Assembly: GCA_013265495.1 (NCBI GenBank)
Contig: MU060965.1
Span: 744,001-808,000 of the forward strand
Direction of reading: 5' to 3'
From: Vicugna vicugna
Lineage: Eukaryota
DNA: 64,000 nt
The position numbers and the translations under genes are program-made. A model generated the notes under the pieces. That model was not told where the DNA came from. It saw only the letters and a program-made list of their open reading frames with translations, and ran no database searches. Shown here piece by piece: positions 50,701 to 59,330 of the stretch (its first letter is position 1; each line of letters begins with the position of its first letter).

Positions 50701-52418
50701 AATTAACTTTTAAAAAAAACTAAGCTTATTGAAGCTGTCTGTAAGGAAAGCACGAAGGGCTCAGATGCTCTGCCGAGCTGGGAGAGTCACCTCATGCACT
50801 CACTGGAGTCAGCTGGCTTCTTACGACAGTGTTTGGGGGCTGCCCCTGCTTCTGGCTGATTTCCCAGAAGAGACAGCATTACGGCGTCATTATTGTTTCA
50901 CTCTCAGTCTCTCTTTCCTGGGCCACCAAAACCAGAAACTATGATTTCTGTTTCTAAACTTGTATGAAACATTTTGAGGAATGGTCCCCATTTCTCAGTG
51001 TCACCAAAACAGAGGCTCCCAAACAGACTCCCTGCCCAGAGATCCTCGCCCAGCAGGTCCTCCAAGAGACCGGCCTCACAGACGCCAGCAGCAGTCCTGG
51101 GTTCAAGGGTTTCTGGCCCTTAAATACAGGAAGGACTTTCCTCCACTGAGCAAATGGAAAGGGCCCTTGAAGTTACAGCAACACCTTCACCATCAGCCCC
51201 AAAGCCACACTCAGCTCCTGACAAACTTCTCAGTCTTTTGGTTTTTCTTTGACAAGTTACTTCGGGGAGGCTGGAGTGTGCATGGAAATAACACAGACAA
51301 CTTAGTGGTGGGCCCCAGGCAGCCCTGCCAGCATCGCAGCAAGGTGCAGAGGGAGCAGGGCAGTGAGCGTCTCCACGTGTCAGGGGCAGGAGATCCCTGA
51401 CAGGCTCTAAAAGTTAAGTTGACTCAGTTGTCAGAATGTGCTATTTGCTCCCACTTAGAATTCATCTGCTAAAAATGTTCTCAGACTCAAAATAGCTCTC
51501 TGGAGGGACCCACACAACCCACAGCTCCAAGCCACAGGGCGGGGCCGCCATCTGCACCTGCCACGCGGTCAGACACACACTGGCTGAGACCCCACCCGCT
51601 TCCTGCACTTCACCCCGACTCGAACCACCCTCCCACTCGCCTGCCAACGTTGCAGAGAGGCCTGCCCCTCACCCCGGGCAGAGCGCTATGACTGTCGGGT
51701 GCCCTCACTTCCTACCCCAGGGTGCGGTTCAGGTCGAGCTTGAGGAAAATGCAAATTACGGCCCCACCCGAGACTCCGGGGCCGGCGTCTGCACGGCAGT
51801 GCGCTGTTTGAGTGAGTCTCCCACAGGCTGAAGCTGAGAAGCACTGACATGTTTCTTATGCAGCAAACTTCTCAATCTTAAGACCTACTAAATGTGGCTC
51901 TTCCTCACTGACCCCCTTCCCCAAATCCCATCAACAGATGCTTCCTTCATCTCTTACCTCTGGGAATAGCTGCCTCCAGGATGGAAAGAAGCTTCCCAGA
52001 CACTCACCCTCCCAAAACCCTTGGCTGTGCTCTCTGGTCGCACCCTCTCCAGCTCCTCTCAGGCTGGAAAGCCCTTGCCCACACCTCAGCAGGCAAATAC
52101 GCGCACGTGAGCTCAGTTACCGTTTCGGACAGAGAGCGTCTCCTGCCGCACCAGTAAACAGAGGATGCTGCCGCCACCAAGCCCGAGCGCTGGGCTGGAA
52201 CTGCCCGACGCGCCCCCTCCCTCAAACCGAGCGACCAGCCTGTCGGGGACACTGTCCACTCAGAGAGCTTCGTATCAAGTAGAGCAACAGCAGACATTAC
52301 CAGAGCGATTTCTCCACGATTTTGGTCCTGAAAACCTCCTCTTGGTCCAGGTTCACAGTGCAGTAACAGTCTCGCATCTTGTTTGGCCCCGGGTAAGTGG
52401 GAAGGTTTTTGGCTTCAC
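2662..52418 (-). CDS. RASA3: RASA3 (Ras GTPase-activating protein 3, GAP1-IP4BP), spliced CDS of exons 2-24; 5'-partial (exon 1 outside window)
   Basis: 23 exons with splice sites join in one open frame (2450 nt including stop). Domains C2A, C2B, RasGAP (IFRGNS arginine finger, FLRFF motif), PH (KKRWF) and Btk (H...CC...C) are in GAP1-family order. Sequence closely matches recalled mammalian RASA3. Confidence 0.98.
2715..2892. repeat. 89-bp tandem duplication (2 copies, 82/89 identical) spanning the intron 23/exon 24 boundary
   Basis: Copies 2715-2803 and 2804-2892 align without gaps with 7 mismatches. Confidence 0.95.
3329..3512 (-). CDS. RASA3: RASA3 exon 23
   Basis: cag|AG GCC...AGC CA|gtgagt; 184 nt; [60 protein letters not shown]. 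Confidence 0.97.
5122..5225 (-). CDS. RASA3: RASA3 exon 22
   Basis: cag|C GGC...CAA G|gtgag; 104 nt; [34 protein letters not shown]. Confidence 0.97.
6128..6336 (-). CDS. RASA3: RASA3 exon 21 (PH C-terminus and Btk zinc motif)
   Basis: cag|ATG...ACC GG|gtaggt; 209 nt; [69 protein letters not shown]. Confidence 0.97.
6458..6575 (-). mobile_element. L2 LINE 3'-end relic
   Basis: CTCATTCAACAAACATTCCTGAG...CTGGGGACATAG...CCTGCCCT resembles the reverse complement of the recalled L2 3' consensus; boundaries approximate. Confidence 0.6.
9756..9838 (-). CDS. RASA3: RASA3 exon 20 (PH)
   Basis: cag|GA GAC...AAC|gtgagt; 83 nt; [27 protein letters not shown]. Confidence 0.97.
10216..10322 (-). CDS. 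RASA3: RASA3 exon 19 (PH domain, basic KKR motif)
   Basis: cag|G TTC...AAA G|gtaac; 107 nt; [35 protein letters not shown]. Confidence 0.97.
11015..11088 (-). CDS. RASA3: RASA3 exon 18
   Basis: tag|TTC...GAA GG|gtagg; 74 nt; [24 protein letters not shown]. Confidence 0.97.
11990..12067 (-). CDS. RASA3: RASA3 exon 17
   Basis: tag|GCC...AAC|gtgagt; 78 nt; [26 protein letters not shown]. Confidence 0.97.
13044..13300. repeat. 18-19-bp minisatellite, about 14 units, consensus CAGTGACGTCACCACCTA (intron 16)
   Basis: Octamer cores start at 13049, 13068, 13086, 13104, 13123, 13142, 13160, 13178, 13196, 13214, 13232, 13250, 13269 and 13287. Confidence 0.92.
13452..13529 (-). CDS. RASA3: RASA3 exon 16 (RasGAP)
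   Basis: cag|GAC...TCT|gtgagt; 78 nt; [26 protein letters not shown]. Confidence 0.97.
14294..14400 (-). CDS. RASA3: RASA3 exon 15 (RasGAP, FLR motif)
   Basis: cag|AT GAC...ACG|gtacgt; 107 nt; [35 protein letters not shown]. Confidence 0.97.
15342..15465 (-). CDS. RASA3: RASA3 exon 14 (RasGAP)
   Basis: cag|GAG...CAA G|gtaagt; 124 nt; [41 protein letters not shown]. Confidence 0.97.
15565..15897. repeat. Purine-rich (GGAGAGGGGAGGAGGC-like) tract containing a 172-N assembly gap (15638-15809), intron 13
   Basis: The same CAGGAGAGGGGAGGAGGC motif flanks both sides of the N run. Confidence 0.9.
16298..16372 (-). CDS. RASA3: RASA3 exon 13 (RasGAP)
   Basis: cag|ATT...ATG|gtgag; 75 nt; [25 protein letters not shown]. 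Confidence 0.97.
17045..17159 (-). CDS. RASA3: RASA3 exon 12 (RasGAP, arginine finger)
   Basis: cag|G GAC...GAG|gtga; 115 nt; [38 protein letters not shown]. Confidence 0.97.
17751..17899 (-). CDS. RASA3: RASA3 exon 11 (RasGAP)
   Basis: cag|CCC...ACC CA|gtgagt; 149 nt; [49 protein letters not shown]. Confidence 0.97.
18295..18451 (-). CDS. RASA3: RASA3 exon 10
   Basis: cag|G TAC...GAG|gtac; 157 nt; [52 protein letters not shown]. Confidence 0.97.
18603..18988. repeat. 45-46-bp VNTR, about 8.5 copies (GACACCCCCTGCNGGGTCTGTGCACCTG-G(7-9)-TCTCCCACCT), intron 9
   Basis: CCACCTGAC recurs every 45-46 bp from 18641 to about 18958; unit length varies in the G run. Confidence 0.95.
20128..20232 (-). 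CDS. RASA3: RASA3 exon 9 (C2B)
   Basis: cag|G GTG...GCC TG|gtgag; 105 nt; [34 protein letters not shown]. Confidence 0.97.
22117..22193 (-). CDS. RASA3: RASA3 exon 8 (C2B)
   Basis: cag|GTG...ATC CG|gtgag; 77 nt; [25 protein letters not shown]. Confidence 0.97.
23089..23161 (-). CDS. RASA3: RASA3 exon 7 (C2B)
   Basis: cag|G TCG...GAG|gttggt; 73 nt; [24 protein letters not shown]. Confidence 0.97.
23476..23556 (-). CDS. RASA3: RASA3 exon 6 (C2B), ends at a GC donor
   Basis: cag|G ATC...TAC AG|gcaagt; 81 nt; [26 protein letters not shown]; only the GC donor keeps frame with exon 7. Confidence 0.95.
27132..27208 (-). CDS. RASA3: RASA3 exon 5
   Basis: cag|GGC...ACG CG|gtaag; 77 nt; [25 protein letters not shown]. 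Confidence 0.97.
30290..31130 (+). mobile_element. Old L1 (L1M-type) ORF2 relic, endonuclease end/linker with internal deletion
   Basis: A-rich; AAACTAGAAATCAGTGACAG, TGAGATGCAGCAAAAGCAATGCTCAGAGGGAAA, AACCTAAGCCTCCACCTTAGGAAAC and AAAACTGCTAGAA resemble L1 ORF2; boundaries approximate. Confidence 0.8.
31865..32355 (-). mobile_element. L1 3' end (L1MA9-like, Laurasiatherian/cetartiodactyl type), 5'-truncated
   Basis: Poly-T start followed by TTAGATTCCACATATAAGTGACATCATATGGTATT...CTTACTTCACTT...GGCATTATTTCATCTTTTTATGGCTGAGTAGTATTCCA; best-preserved TE in the window; subfamily call is from memory. Confidence 0.88.
34184..34278 (-). CDS. RASA3: RASA3 exon 4 (C2A)
   Basis: tag|GA AAG...CAG|gtgag; 95 nt; [31 protein letters not shown]. 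Confidence 0.97.
36115..37110 (+). mobile_element. Old L1 (L1M-type) ORF2 C-terminal relic
   Basis: GAGAGAAATTAAAGA, CTCCCCAAATTAATCTGTAGA, GGACCTAGAATAGCAAAAC, GCAAAGATTTCTTAG and CTGGACTTCATCAAAATTAAGAGCTTCT; ORF 36630..37046 ends in an L1 ORF2-like LDFIKIKSF. Confidence 0.88.
37870..38260 (+). mobile_element. Degenerate L1MB-like ORF2 end/3' UTR, likely continuation of the 36.1-37.1 kb element
   Basis: CTAAGAGAAATGGAAACACAAAGACC...GAATGTT, and a terminal CCTGTAAACGATACCTCAATAAA. Confidence 0.6.
39595..39660 (+). mobile_element. MIR core relic
   Basis: CTGGCTGTGCACCTTCAGGCAAGTGTCTAGTCCTCTCTGAGCCTCAG resembles the MIR core. Confidence 0.55.
40040..40140 (-). mobile_element. L2 relic
   Basis: GGGTCAGATTATCAAAGGTCTTAAATGCACACTAGGGAGTATGGACTT resembles the L2 reverse consensus. 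Confidence 0.5.
41136..41215. repeat. 20-bp tandem repeat x4 (CTGAGAGCACCCCAACATGT-like), intron 3
   Basis: Units start at 41136, 41156, 41176 and 41196; tails alternate (CATGT/TACAT/CAGGT/TACCA), suggesting a 40-bp dimer. Confidence 0.85.
41571..41674 (-). CDS. RASA3: RASA3 exon 3 (C2A)
   Basis: cag|C CCC...ATA G|gtaggt; 104 nt; [34 protein letters not shown]. Confidence 0.97.
42460..42585 (+). mobile_element. Short L1 ORF2 C-terminal relic
   Basis: CAATTTCTCAGATACAGCAAAAGCACAACAGCTAAAAGAAAAAA...GACTTCATCAAGATTAAAAA. Confidence 0.65.
43190..43370 (-). mobile_element. L2 relic
   Basis: GGGAAGAGGTTCCAGGTAGCCGAAACTGTGTGTGCAAAGGCCCTGGGG...GAGGCTGGTGTGGCCAGG matches the L2 reverse consensus pattern. 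Confidence 0.6.
44370..44550 (+). mobile_element. L1MB/MC-like 3' terminus
   Basis: GGGTTTCTTTTTAGGGAGATGAAAACGTTCTAAA...TGGTGATGG...TGAACTGTATCTCAAAAGCT followed by an A-rich tail. Confidence 0.75.
45100..45220 (-). mobile_element. Old L1 ORF2 C-terminal relic
   Basis: TGAAGTGCCTTTGGCCCGTTTTCTATT...CAGGACACTAATCC resembles L1M reverse sequence. Confidence 0.5.
45281..45304. repeat. (CAGG)6 microsatellite, read as (CCUG)n in RASA3 pre-mRNA, intron 2
   Basis: Read directly from the sequence. Confidence 0.9.
49830..50060 (-). mobile_element. Ancient L1 ORF1 (coiled-coil) relic
   Basis: Translation [19 protein letters not shown] resembles the L1 ORF1p heptad motif (N-S-x-D-x-L-N-S-R-L-D-x-A-E-E-R-I). 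Confidence 0.65.
52301..52418 (-). CDS. RASA3: RASA3 exon 2 (C2A)
   Basis: cag|GT GAA...CTC TG|gtaat; 118 nt; (G)[38 protein letters not shown](C). Confidence 0.97.
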
Positions 52419-52734
52419 CTGAAAAGCAAATGTGAATACATCATCAATCTAGCATAGATTTATTTAGTCTCCTTGCTAATCACCGACACATCTTCAAATA
52501 ATGGATTTATTTCATAACGATGCCCCTGTTTTATTTCTGAACACTCATCAGCTCTTTATAAGGCCTTGGTTTTCTTGCCACCACAAGTCAGTGTCGACGA
52601 GAAATGCTTCGTACAGTTAAAATGCACCTTAACCCCTAAAACAAACTGTTAAAGGCAGGGATCCACTGGCCTAGGAACTGAGGATTACCTGCTTTGTTTT
52701 ACCCACACTAGTCCCTCTGAGATTTGTAATATTT

Positions 52735-53060
52735 AAATTACGGCAAGATACACATAAGTTAAAATGTATCGTTTAACCACCTTCAAGTGCACCAACCTGC
52801 CGCACTCAGGGAAGCACCCCTGCTGCTCCACAGCCAGTCCCCAGCCGCGTTCCCCTTGCAGAACTGGAATCCCGCACCCACCACACGGCAACCCCTGCTC
52901 CCTCCCCCCAGCCCCTCACTTCTAGTTTGTCTCTAGAATCTGGTGACTCTCGAAACCTCACATACAGGGATCACACGTGTTTGTCCTGCGACAATGTCTT
53001 CAAGGCTCATTTGTGTTCCCGCCCGAGTCAGGAGTCCCTTCCTTTCAAGGCTAACATTTT
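52735..53060 (-). mobile_element. Degenerate L1MB-like 3' end
   Basis: ACATAAGTTAAAATGTATCGTTTAACCA...TTTGTCTCTAGAATCTGGTGACTCT...CTTCAAGGCTCAT. Confidence 0.6.
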
Positions 53061-54174
53061 GCGTATCTATTCATCCCCAGGTCCCTTTTTATTCTGCATT
53101 GAATTTGACACTATTAGGTCAAGATTATGCAGTAATTAAGGAGGACTCTTTTTCATTGATGAGTAAACTACAAACTCCAGCTGCTTTAAACACAGAAGGA
53201 CTAGCCAGTGAGGACAAGCCAGTAAGAGGAGCCCTGCGGGCCGCACCTTCCCTCCACCCCGAAGCCCGAGGGCCTGGCCGCAGGGAGACCTTTATCACAG
53301 CCACACGGAGCCAGAACCAGCGGAGCCTACAGGTCCCAGCTGCCGCTAAGCTTGTGGATTAAGCAGGGGAGGGGCACAATGGGGAGGGGCTTTCACCCTG
53401 GACGAGAAGCCCCCCTGGAAGCACTGCCTCAAAGGAGCTCGCCCCGGCCCCAGCCCCCGCACTAGGACGGGACGGCGTCGGGGTCGAGCACCCAGCACCG
53501 CCAGAGCCACCCAAGCGAACTGACCGTACCTGTTAGCGCCACTCAAGGCCAGAAGACCTGCTCTGGTTGACAGAGAAGGAAAAACAGCAACAGGAACCAA
53601 AGCAGAACCGAGCTCAGCACCAGAGCTGGGTGCCCAGCACAGCCACCCCACTGGCCCCAGCGAGCACACGCTGCTCGCTTGCAGCCATGCCATGACCTCC
53701 GCACAGAGGGCGGAGGTGAACGCGGTTTGCTTGAAGCCTTTCTTTCTAACTTTCCATTAACGTTATCACTTGAGATGCAGAGTAGGACAGTGAGTTAACA
53801 GAAGTCGCTCGATAACAGGGCCGGGGTGGGCAGTGTTTTCAGATGCACCAAAGTGTTCTAGGATTGTAACAGCGCCAGCTGTGACCTGCACCTGCGGCCG
53901 TCTCCTGCACCGGCTGGGACACAGACCTGCCTCCCTAGCCTCTGTCTCCCCAGCTGGAAAAGCAGGAGAACACCCTGTCTCCAAGGTTCCTCCAGCTCTG
54001 GGGGGACCTTCGAACCTTCGAATGTTCCAATTCAAAGGGTTCTGGGACGTTTTCTTTGGGGAATCATCAAGGGATCATCAAAGCCTCTCAGCTGGTGAAG
54101 GAGCAAGAAACAGATGCACGTTTTCATACAAGCACGATTACCCTAGAACACTGTGACGCTGTGTGCGATGCCCC

Positions 54175-54207
54175 TGAACACGCCATGAACATGCCATGAA
54201 CACGCCA
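54175..54207. repeat. 11-bp tandem repeat x3 (TGAACACGCCA), intron 1
   Basis: Read directly from the sequence; the middle copy has a CpG-to-TpG change. Confidence 0.85.
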
Positions 54208-55282
54208 CTGCACGGGAGTTGAGCACATGAGAACACAGCCAGTCTGAGAAGACATGTGTGATCCAAGCCAGGCTTCAAGTCTGCTATTACATGTCCAGAG
54301 ACATTTTCTGAAGGCTTCTGGCAGGTGTGAGAGGTCATGTGTGCACATACATGTGCATGCAGGGAGCGTGACGCACCCCAAAGCACGACAGCGGGGGAGT
54401 GGCCGGTGGGCTTCTCCAGAGATGGCAGGGTTGGGGGGTTGACAGGAGCGGCAGCGGGTCCCCGTGTGGTCTCTGAGCTGACCTCGCGCAGCCACAGCAC
54501 ACAGGCCACGTCTGAAGGGGCTCTCAGCCCCCCGCCCACTTTTGGAACTGATCTGCAGGCCCCCAAATCTTCCACCTCAAACCAGCCTGACTTTGCCGAC
54601 CGACCTCCCGGTTGACACCCTCCCGATGTGAATGAGGGCTTACCAGATTTCCTACTGGAATTTTTCTTTGCAACGAATGGAATATTTAGCTGCAAGTCCC
54701 TGTGTTTCTCAAAAGTAGGGCAAAAATCTTTTCTGAAAGCCTTACGGGAAATGGTCATTGGTGGAAAACACAGAACTGGGATTTGCTTCCTGTTTATTCT
54801 CCAAAGAACCTGAGAACACTAGCAGTAGTGGCTGACACTTCTCTGGGACAGGAGCAGCAGCTGGGACGCTGACCTGCCCCGTGCTGCTGTGGGAGCTCCG
54901 TACCCCCGCCCCTGGCCCCACCCAGACGGTCACAGAAACATCCTGGTTGCCACGATGATGCATCAGCAGAGAGCCAGCAGTGGACCTGAGCCAACGTCAA
55001 CAAGCCACTCAGGCCAGGAGGGCTGGGAGCAGGGCCGGCAGCCCGCCCTGGCCACACTGTCCGCCGGGCCCTGCAGCCGGGGGCCCCGCCATGGCCGAGC
55101 CGGGGCGCTATTCCAGCTCTTGGGCTGGTCCCAGCCCAACAACACTCAAACAGAGGTGTCCTTCACGTGGGTCACTTATGCCAAAGGCTGGGGCTGCTCC
55201 CCCCGACTGCTCCTTTTTGTCTCAGAACAGGAGAGAGACGCGTTCTCTTCCCTCGTGTGTGGAGACATTTTCCGAAGCAGGT

Positions 55283-55340
55283 AAAGCCACGCCTGGTATA
55301 CAGCAGGTGCTGATTCTTTGCTGAATGGATGGATGGATAA
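55283..55340 (+). mobile_element. L2 3' terminus relic
   Basis: CCTGGTATACAGCAGGTGCTGATTCTTTGCTGAATGGATGGATGGAT. Confidence 0.55.
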
Positions 55341-58224
55341 GTGCCTGGAAAAAGAAAAGTAAACTCTGGTTTCATTCGAAGAGCCAAATAGTTAACATCT
55401 TTCTGTGACTCCCTCCTGTTAACCACATCTCCAAAACGCAGACCCTGTGCTCACTACGACTGTCGGCTGGTAGACTGGATAAAGACAGCAAACCTGGTGC
55501 CGGCTCATCTCTGAACACAGAACTTACTGACAGAAGGAGGGGCAGCACTTAAAAAATGTGATGAAACAGCCCGGAGACAGCAAAGCCGGTTCCTAACCAC
55601 AGGAGTCAGGCCACCGTCTCGAGCCACCCTGGTCACAATGTCCGTGTGCTCTGGGCGAGCACTGCCAGGAGACCCAGACCTGAAGCGGCCGGGAAGAGCC
55701 ATGTGTGGACCCCTGCCTCCGGGAGGGGCTGCAGGTAGTCTCAGTGCCACCGCTGGGCTCAGCCCCAGTGAGGAAGCCCACTGCCCTTGGCGTGGGGAGC
55801 AGCAGGGCCATCTGTGCCCCAGGAGGGCTGTTGGAGACCCAGCTGGCCCGGCTGCCCCGTGTCAGTGGGGTCACCTGCAGGCGAGGGCTCCCAACGCCTC
55901 AGGGAAGAGGAGGCAGGAGGAAGGAATGATGATGCCTGAGGGGCAGGGCAGGCTCAGGGCTCTGACCCCCAGACCCAGACGGGGGCCTCCACCAGCAGAA
56001 ACACTCTGCCATCCACAGTTTGGGAACTTTGTTGTTTCTTACTTAAATGTGGTAGTTTTCAACTCAACTGCAGGTCAGTCCCTCTAAATGACACCTAAAC
56101 AGGTGTGCGAGCCCAGGACACCTGTCCACTGGTCATCTCAGCAGTGAGGGGACAGCCTGGGCTCTGGCAGGACCGTCGACAGCTGGGTGGTGAGTGCAGC
56201 TTGGGGTGGGACCACACATCGCCCACCAGTCATCTCAGCAGCGAGGGCAGCACAGCCCCCAGAGGGTCCCTCCTGCCTAACCTCCCGCCACCGGACTCAC
56301 ACTTACGCCTACAAAAGGCCTCGGGACATGATTTCCACCTGTCAGGGATCTTCTGAGCCCGTTCTTGGAAGCTGCTTTCCCGCTGTCTCCCAGCACAAAT
56401 CCCTGACCCGGTCTGCTGGCCCCCTGGGGGTGGTGACCGCGGTGTCCTGGGCTGGGAGCTGACCCTCCGGCGTCAGCCAGGAGCCGTCAGCACGAGGCAC
56501 TGCTCTCCTTACACAGCGATGTTTAAGTTCTGAATTACAGGTGCCCTTTAAAAACAGCGACTTCACATTTTTCTAACCCAGAGCTCCCCTACTCCTCCTG
56601 AAAACTCAGAAGACCCGATCACACTGGGCCACGTCCCCTCTCAGGGCACCTGCCTGCCCCCACGTGTGTTGTGACTGCCAGTCTAATCTCTGGGCAAGAA
56701 ACGCCACTGCCCAAAAGACCTCGTGGAAACTTCAGCGAATACAGACAGGAGCCCCAGCCCCCAGGCCTGCCCCTCCCCACCTGGCCTTGCTCCCGGAAGC
56801 TGCCATCTCCCCCTACATCCCAAGCAGCGGGAATTTCTGGCGGGATGGGCAGCCCTGAGGCAGGCTGCAGAGGGTGGGGGGGTAATTCAGGGCACAGATC
56901 TGCGCACCCCAGCAATGACAGAATTCGGGCTGACACCATCCCCGCGCCTGTGCTCCCACACCCGTGGGAGCTGTGGTCTCCACCCAGACGCCCCAGGCTT
57001 CCAAGCAGGCTGAAACTTGGGGTCGCTCCTCCTCCACCCGGTGCCCCTCCCGCACCGTGCCCCTCGGTGCAGACACTGCTACAAGAGCCCTGCAGCCCCG
57101 GAGCCAAGCTGGCCTCACCACCGGCAGAGCTGCCGGGTGGAACGGGGGGCCTGGGGACCTAAGGATCTATGACTGCCTGACGGAAAGCCACACATGTCTC
57201 CATTTTCAGACAGACATCAACCCCACCTAGAATGACTGCACCTTCCATCTGAATGGAATCCAACCCCTTCAGCACCTAAAACGCTCAATATTAGCTAACT
57301 TTGCTCTCACCGAGACTCTGTTCTCTCCACAGGGGAAAACCATGCTCCATTCTCTGCTTTTCCAGTCCAGCTAGAAATGCAAATGGTGTCTTTGGACAGT
57401 AACTCAGTCCTGAAATAAAAGCTGTAAAATTAAGTCAAGAAAAGGGGACAAGAAATCATTTTTTTCCTTTTATTTTTAGAATGTTGTTGTGTTGAATGAG
57501 TATTTCTGATTCTTTGGAAACTGAAATTTTGTGTCCCCGTTTACAAAGCATTTTCCCACCGAATGCTGCATTTCTAAGGGCTGCTGAGGCCAGAAAAGTA
57601 AGTGGCATTTACTGCTGCCACCTTAAGCCTGGGGACATAGGTGAGTGACCGGGTGAGGGCCTGAGGAGGTGGCGGAAAGGCTGTCTGCGAGGACCACGGC
57701 CGAACCTACCCTCTGCGCACCAGTCTCCCCAGACCTGCTCCCCCGCAGGGCCCCGTCCAGGGCTCTCTCCCTCGGGTCACTCTGCTCTGGGTGAGGAGGG
57801 CACCACTCTGCCTGCCCGAGGGTGCTGACTGTCAGACACAGTGTGGGGTCAGGGCTCCAGTCGCCCCTCCCTCACGCCCTGGAGGGCCCGCTCCAGCTGT
57901 AAGGGCTCTTCAGGTGCAGTTAAGTGGTCCAGATTTCTGTCCCCTCCTCAGCCTCCTTCACAGGCTGCAACGCGGTAGTTTTGTTCCTCCCGGACACACG
58001 GGGTGAACACAAGCTAACAAATCACAGTCTGGCCACTGCCTTTCAAGCTTGGCACCGCGTGAGGACACCTGGCCCTGGCCCTGGAGGAGCCCATCAGTGC
58101 CTCTTCCGCTGGGCTTTCCCGGCTCCCGCTGGGCAGGGGGGCGTGCGCCGATGGACAAAACGGGTGCACTGTCCACGGTTGCCACGGGGTCCGGGGTGAG
58201 ACGTGATCACTTGAAGGGTACACA

Positions 58225-58385
58225 GGGTCCCTCTGGGAAATTCAAAAGCTCTGGAAGTAGGGAGGGGCTGGTGAGACCACACAGAAACGCACTAAATGCC
58301 ACTGGATTGTACACTCTGAAGTGGCCAAATTGCTGAATTTATGCTGTGTGCATTTTTGCCACAATTTAACCAAAACAAAGAAAAG
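58225..58385 (+). mobile_element. L1MB-like 3' terminus
   Basis: CACTAAATGCCACTGGATTGTACACTCTGAAGTGG...AATTTATGCTGTGTGCATTTTTGCCACAAT followed by an A-rich tail. Confidence 0.8.
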
Positions 58386-58974
58386 GTGGTTTCAGGGCAT
58401 CGACCTGGGCCAGGGCTGTTCAATGGGACCCCGTTCCCTAGCTGCCACACGCCGTCCACGTCCTCTTCTAGAGCAAGTAGATACTTGTGTAAGTAGACAC
58501 CTTTTTTGGATTTCATGTTTGATTTCATTACTTTTTACCTGTAACCTCTTGGGGCAGAACGTACACTCGGCAAGCACAACTCCACCAACTTCACCCGCAG
58601 TGCGGCCGGCACCACCAAGACGGAGCACTTCCAGCACTCAGCGCTGTCTCACGCCCTCCGGGTCAGTGACCACCCCCCAGCCTGGCTCTGTTCGGGACTC
58701 TAAAACACCTGTCAGTCTTGCCAACTCGGTGCCTTGGAACGATGGAGCCAGAGCTGCTAATTCAGTAGGGTTGCAAAATGGTGACAGTGTCTGATTTTAG
58801 TGTCTAAACCGAAGCAATTCTGTAAGGAGACCCTGCCTTTAGTGCCCCACTGGTGAGGCCCACATGGGAAGTCGGGATAAACTGCTCATTATTCCCTCTT
58901 ATTTACCAGATTTTCAAACAACGGATTAGCTCCCTGTTCCCCTCAGAAAGTCAGTAATTTCAGGTTTTTGTAAA

Positions 58975-59245
58975 TTTTTTGCAATCACTGTTTTTTATTC
59001 AGATATATAATTTACACATCATAAAATTCAACTTTTTAAAATGTACAATTCAGTGGATTTCAGTGCAGAGTTGTACAACCATCACCCCTAATTCCAAACA
59101 ACGCCATTGCCCCCGAAGCACTCCCGCCCCAGCCCCTGGCGCACATGAATCCATGTCCGTCCCTGCTAATCTGCCTCTCTGGGGCGTTTTGTATCACGGA
59201 ATTGTGTGGCCTTGGCCTCGCATATTCAAGGCTCACCCACGTGTG
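58975..59245 (-). mobile_element. L1MB-like 3' end
   Basis: TTTTTTATTCAGATATATAATTTACACATCATAAAATTCAACTTTTTAAAATGTACAATTCAGTGG...GTTGTACAACCATCACC. Confidence 0.8.
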
Positions 59246-59269
59246 ATCTCACTCGGGACAGTAGGTTCT

Positions 59270-59330
59270 AAGGTGACCCGGGGCACGTGGCCAGCCTCTC
59301 TAGGCCTCACAGTCCCCGTCTGTAAGCCGG
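59270..59330 (+). mobile_element. MIR core relic
   Basis: GTGACCCGGGGCACGTGGCCAGCCTCTCTAGGCCTCACAGTCCCCGTCTGTAAG. Confidence 0.45.

Noticed and set aside
56115-56260. Degenerate two-copy motif of about 35 bp (GTCATCTCAGCAG-GAGGG) about 97 bp apart
   Set aside because: Short, diverged local duplication with no discernible function.
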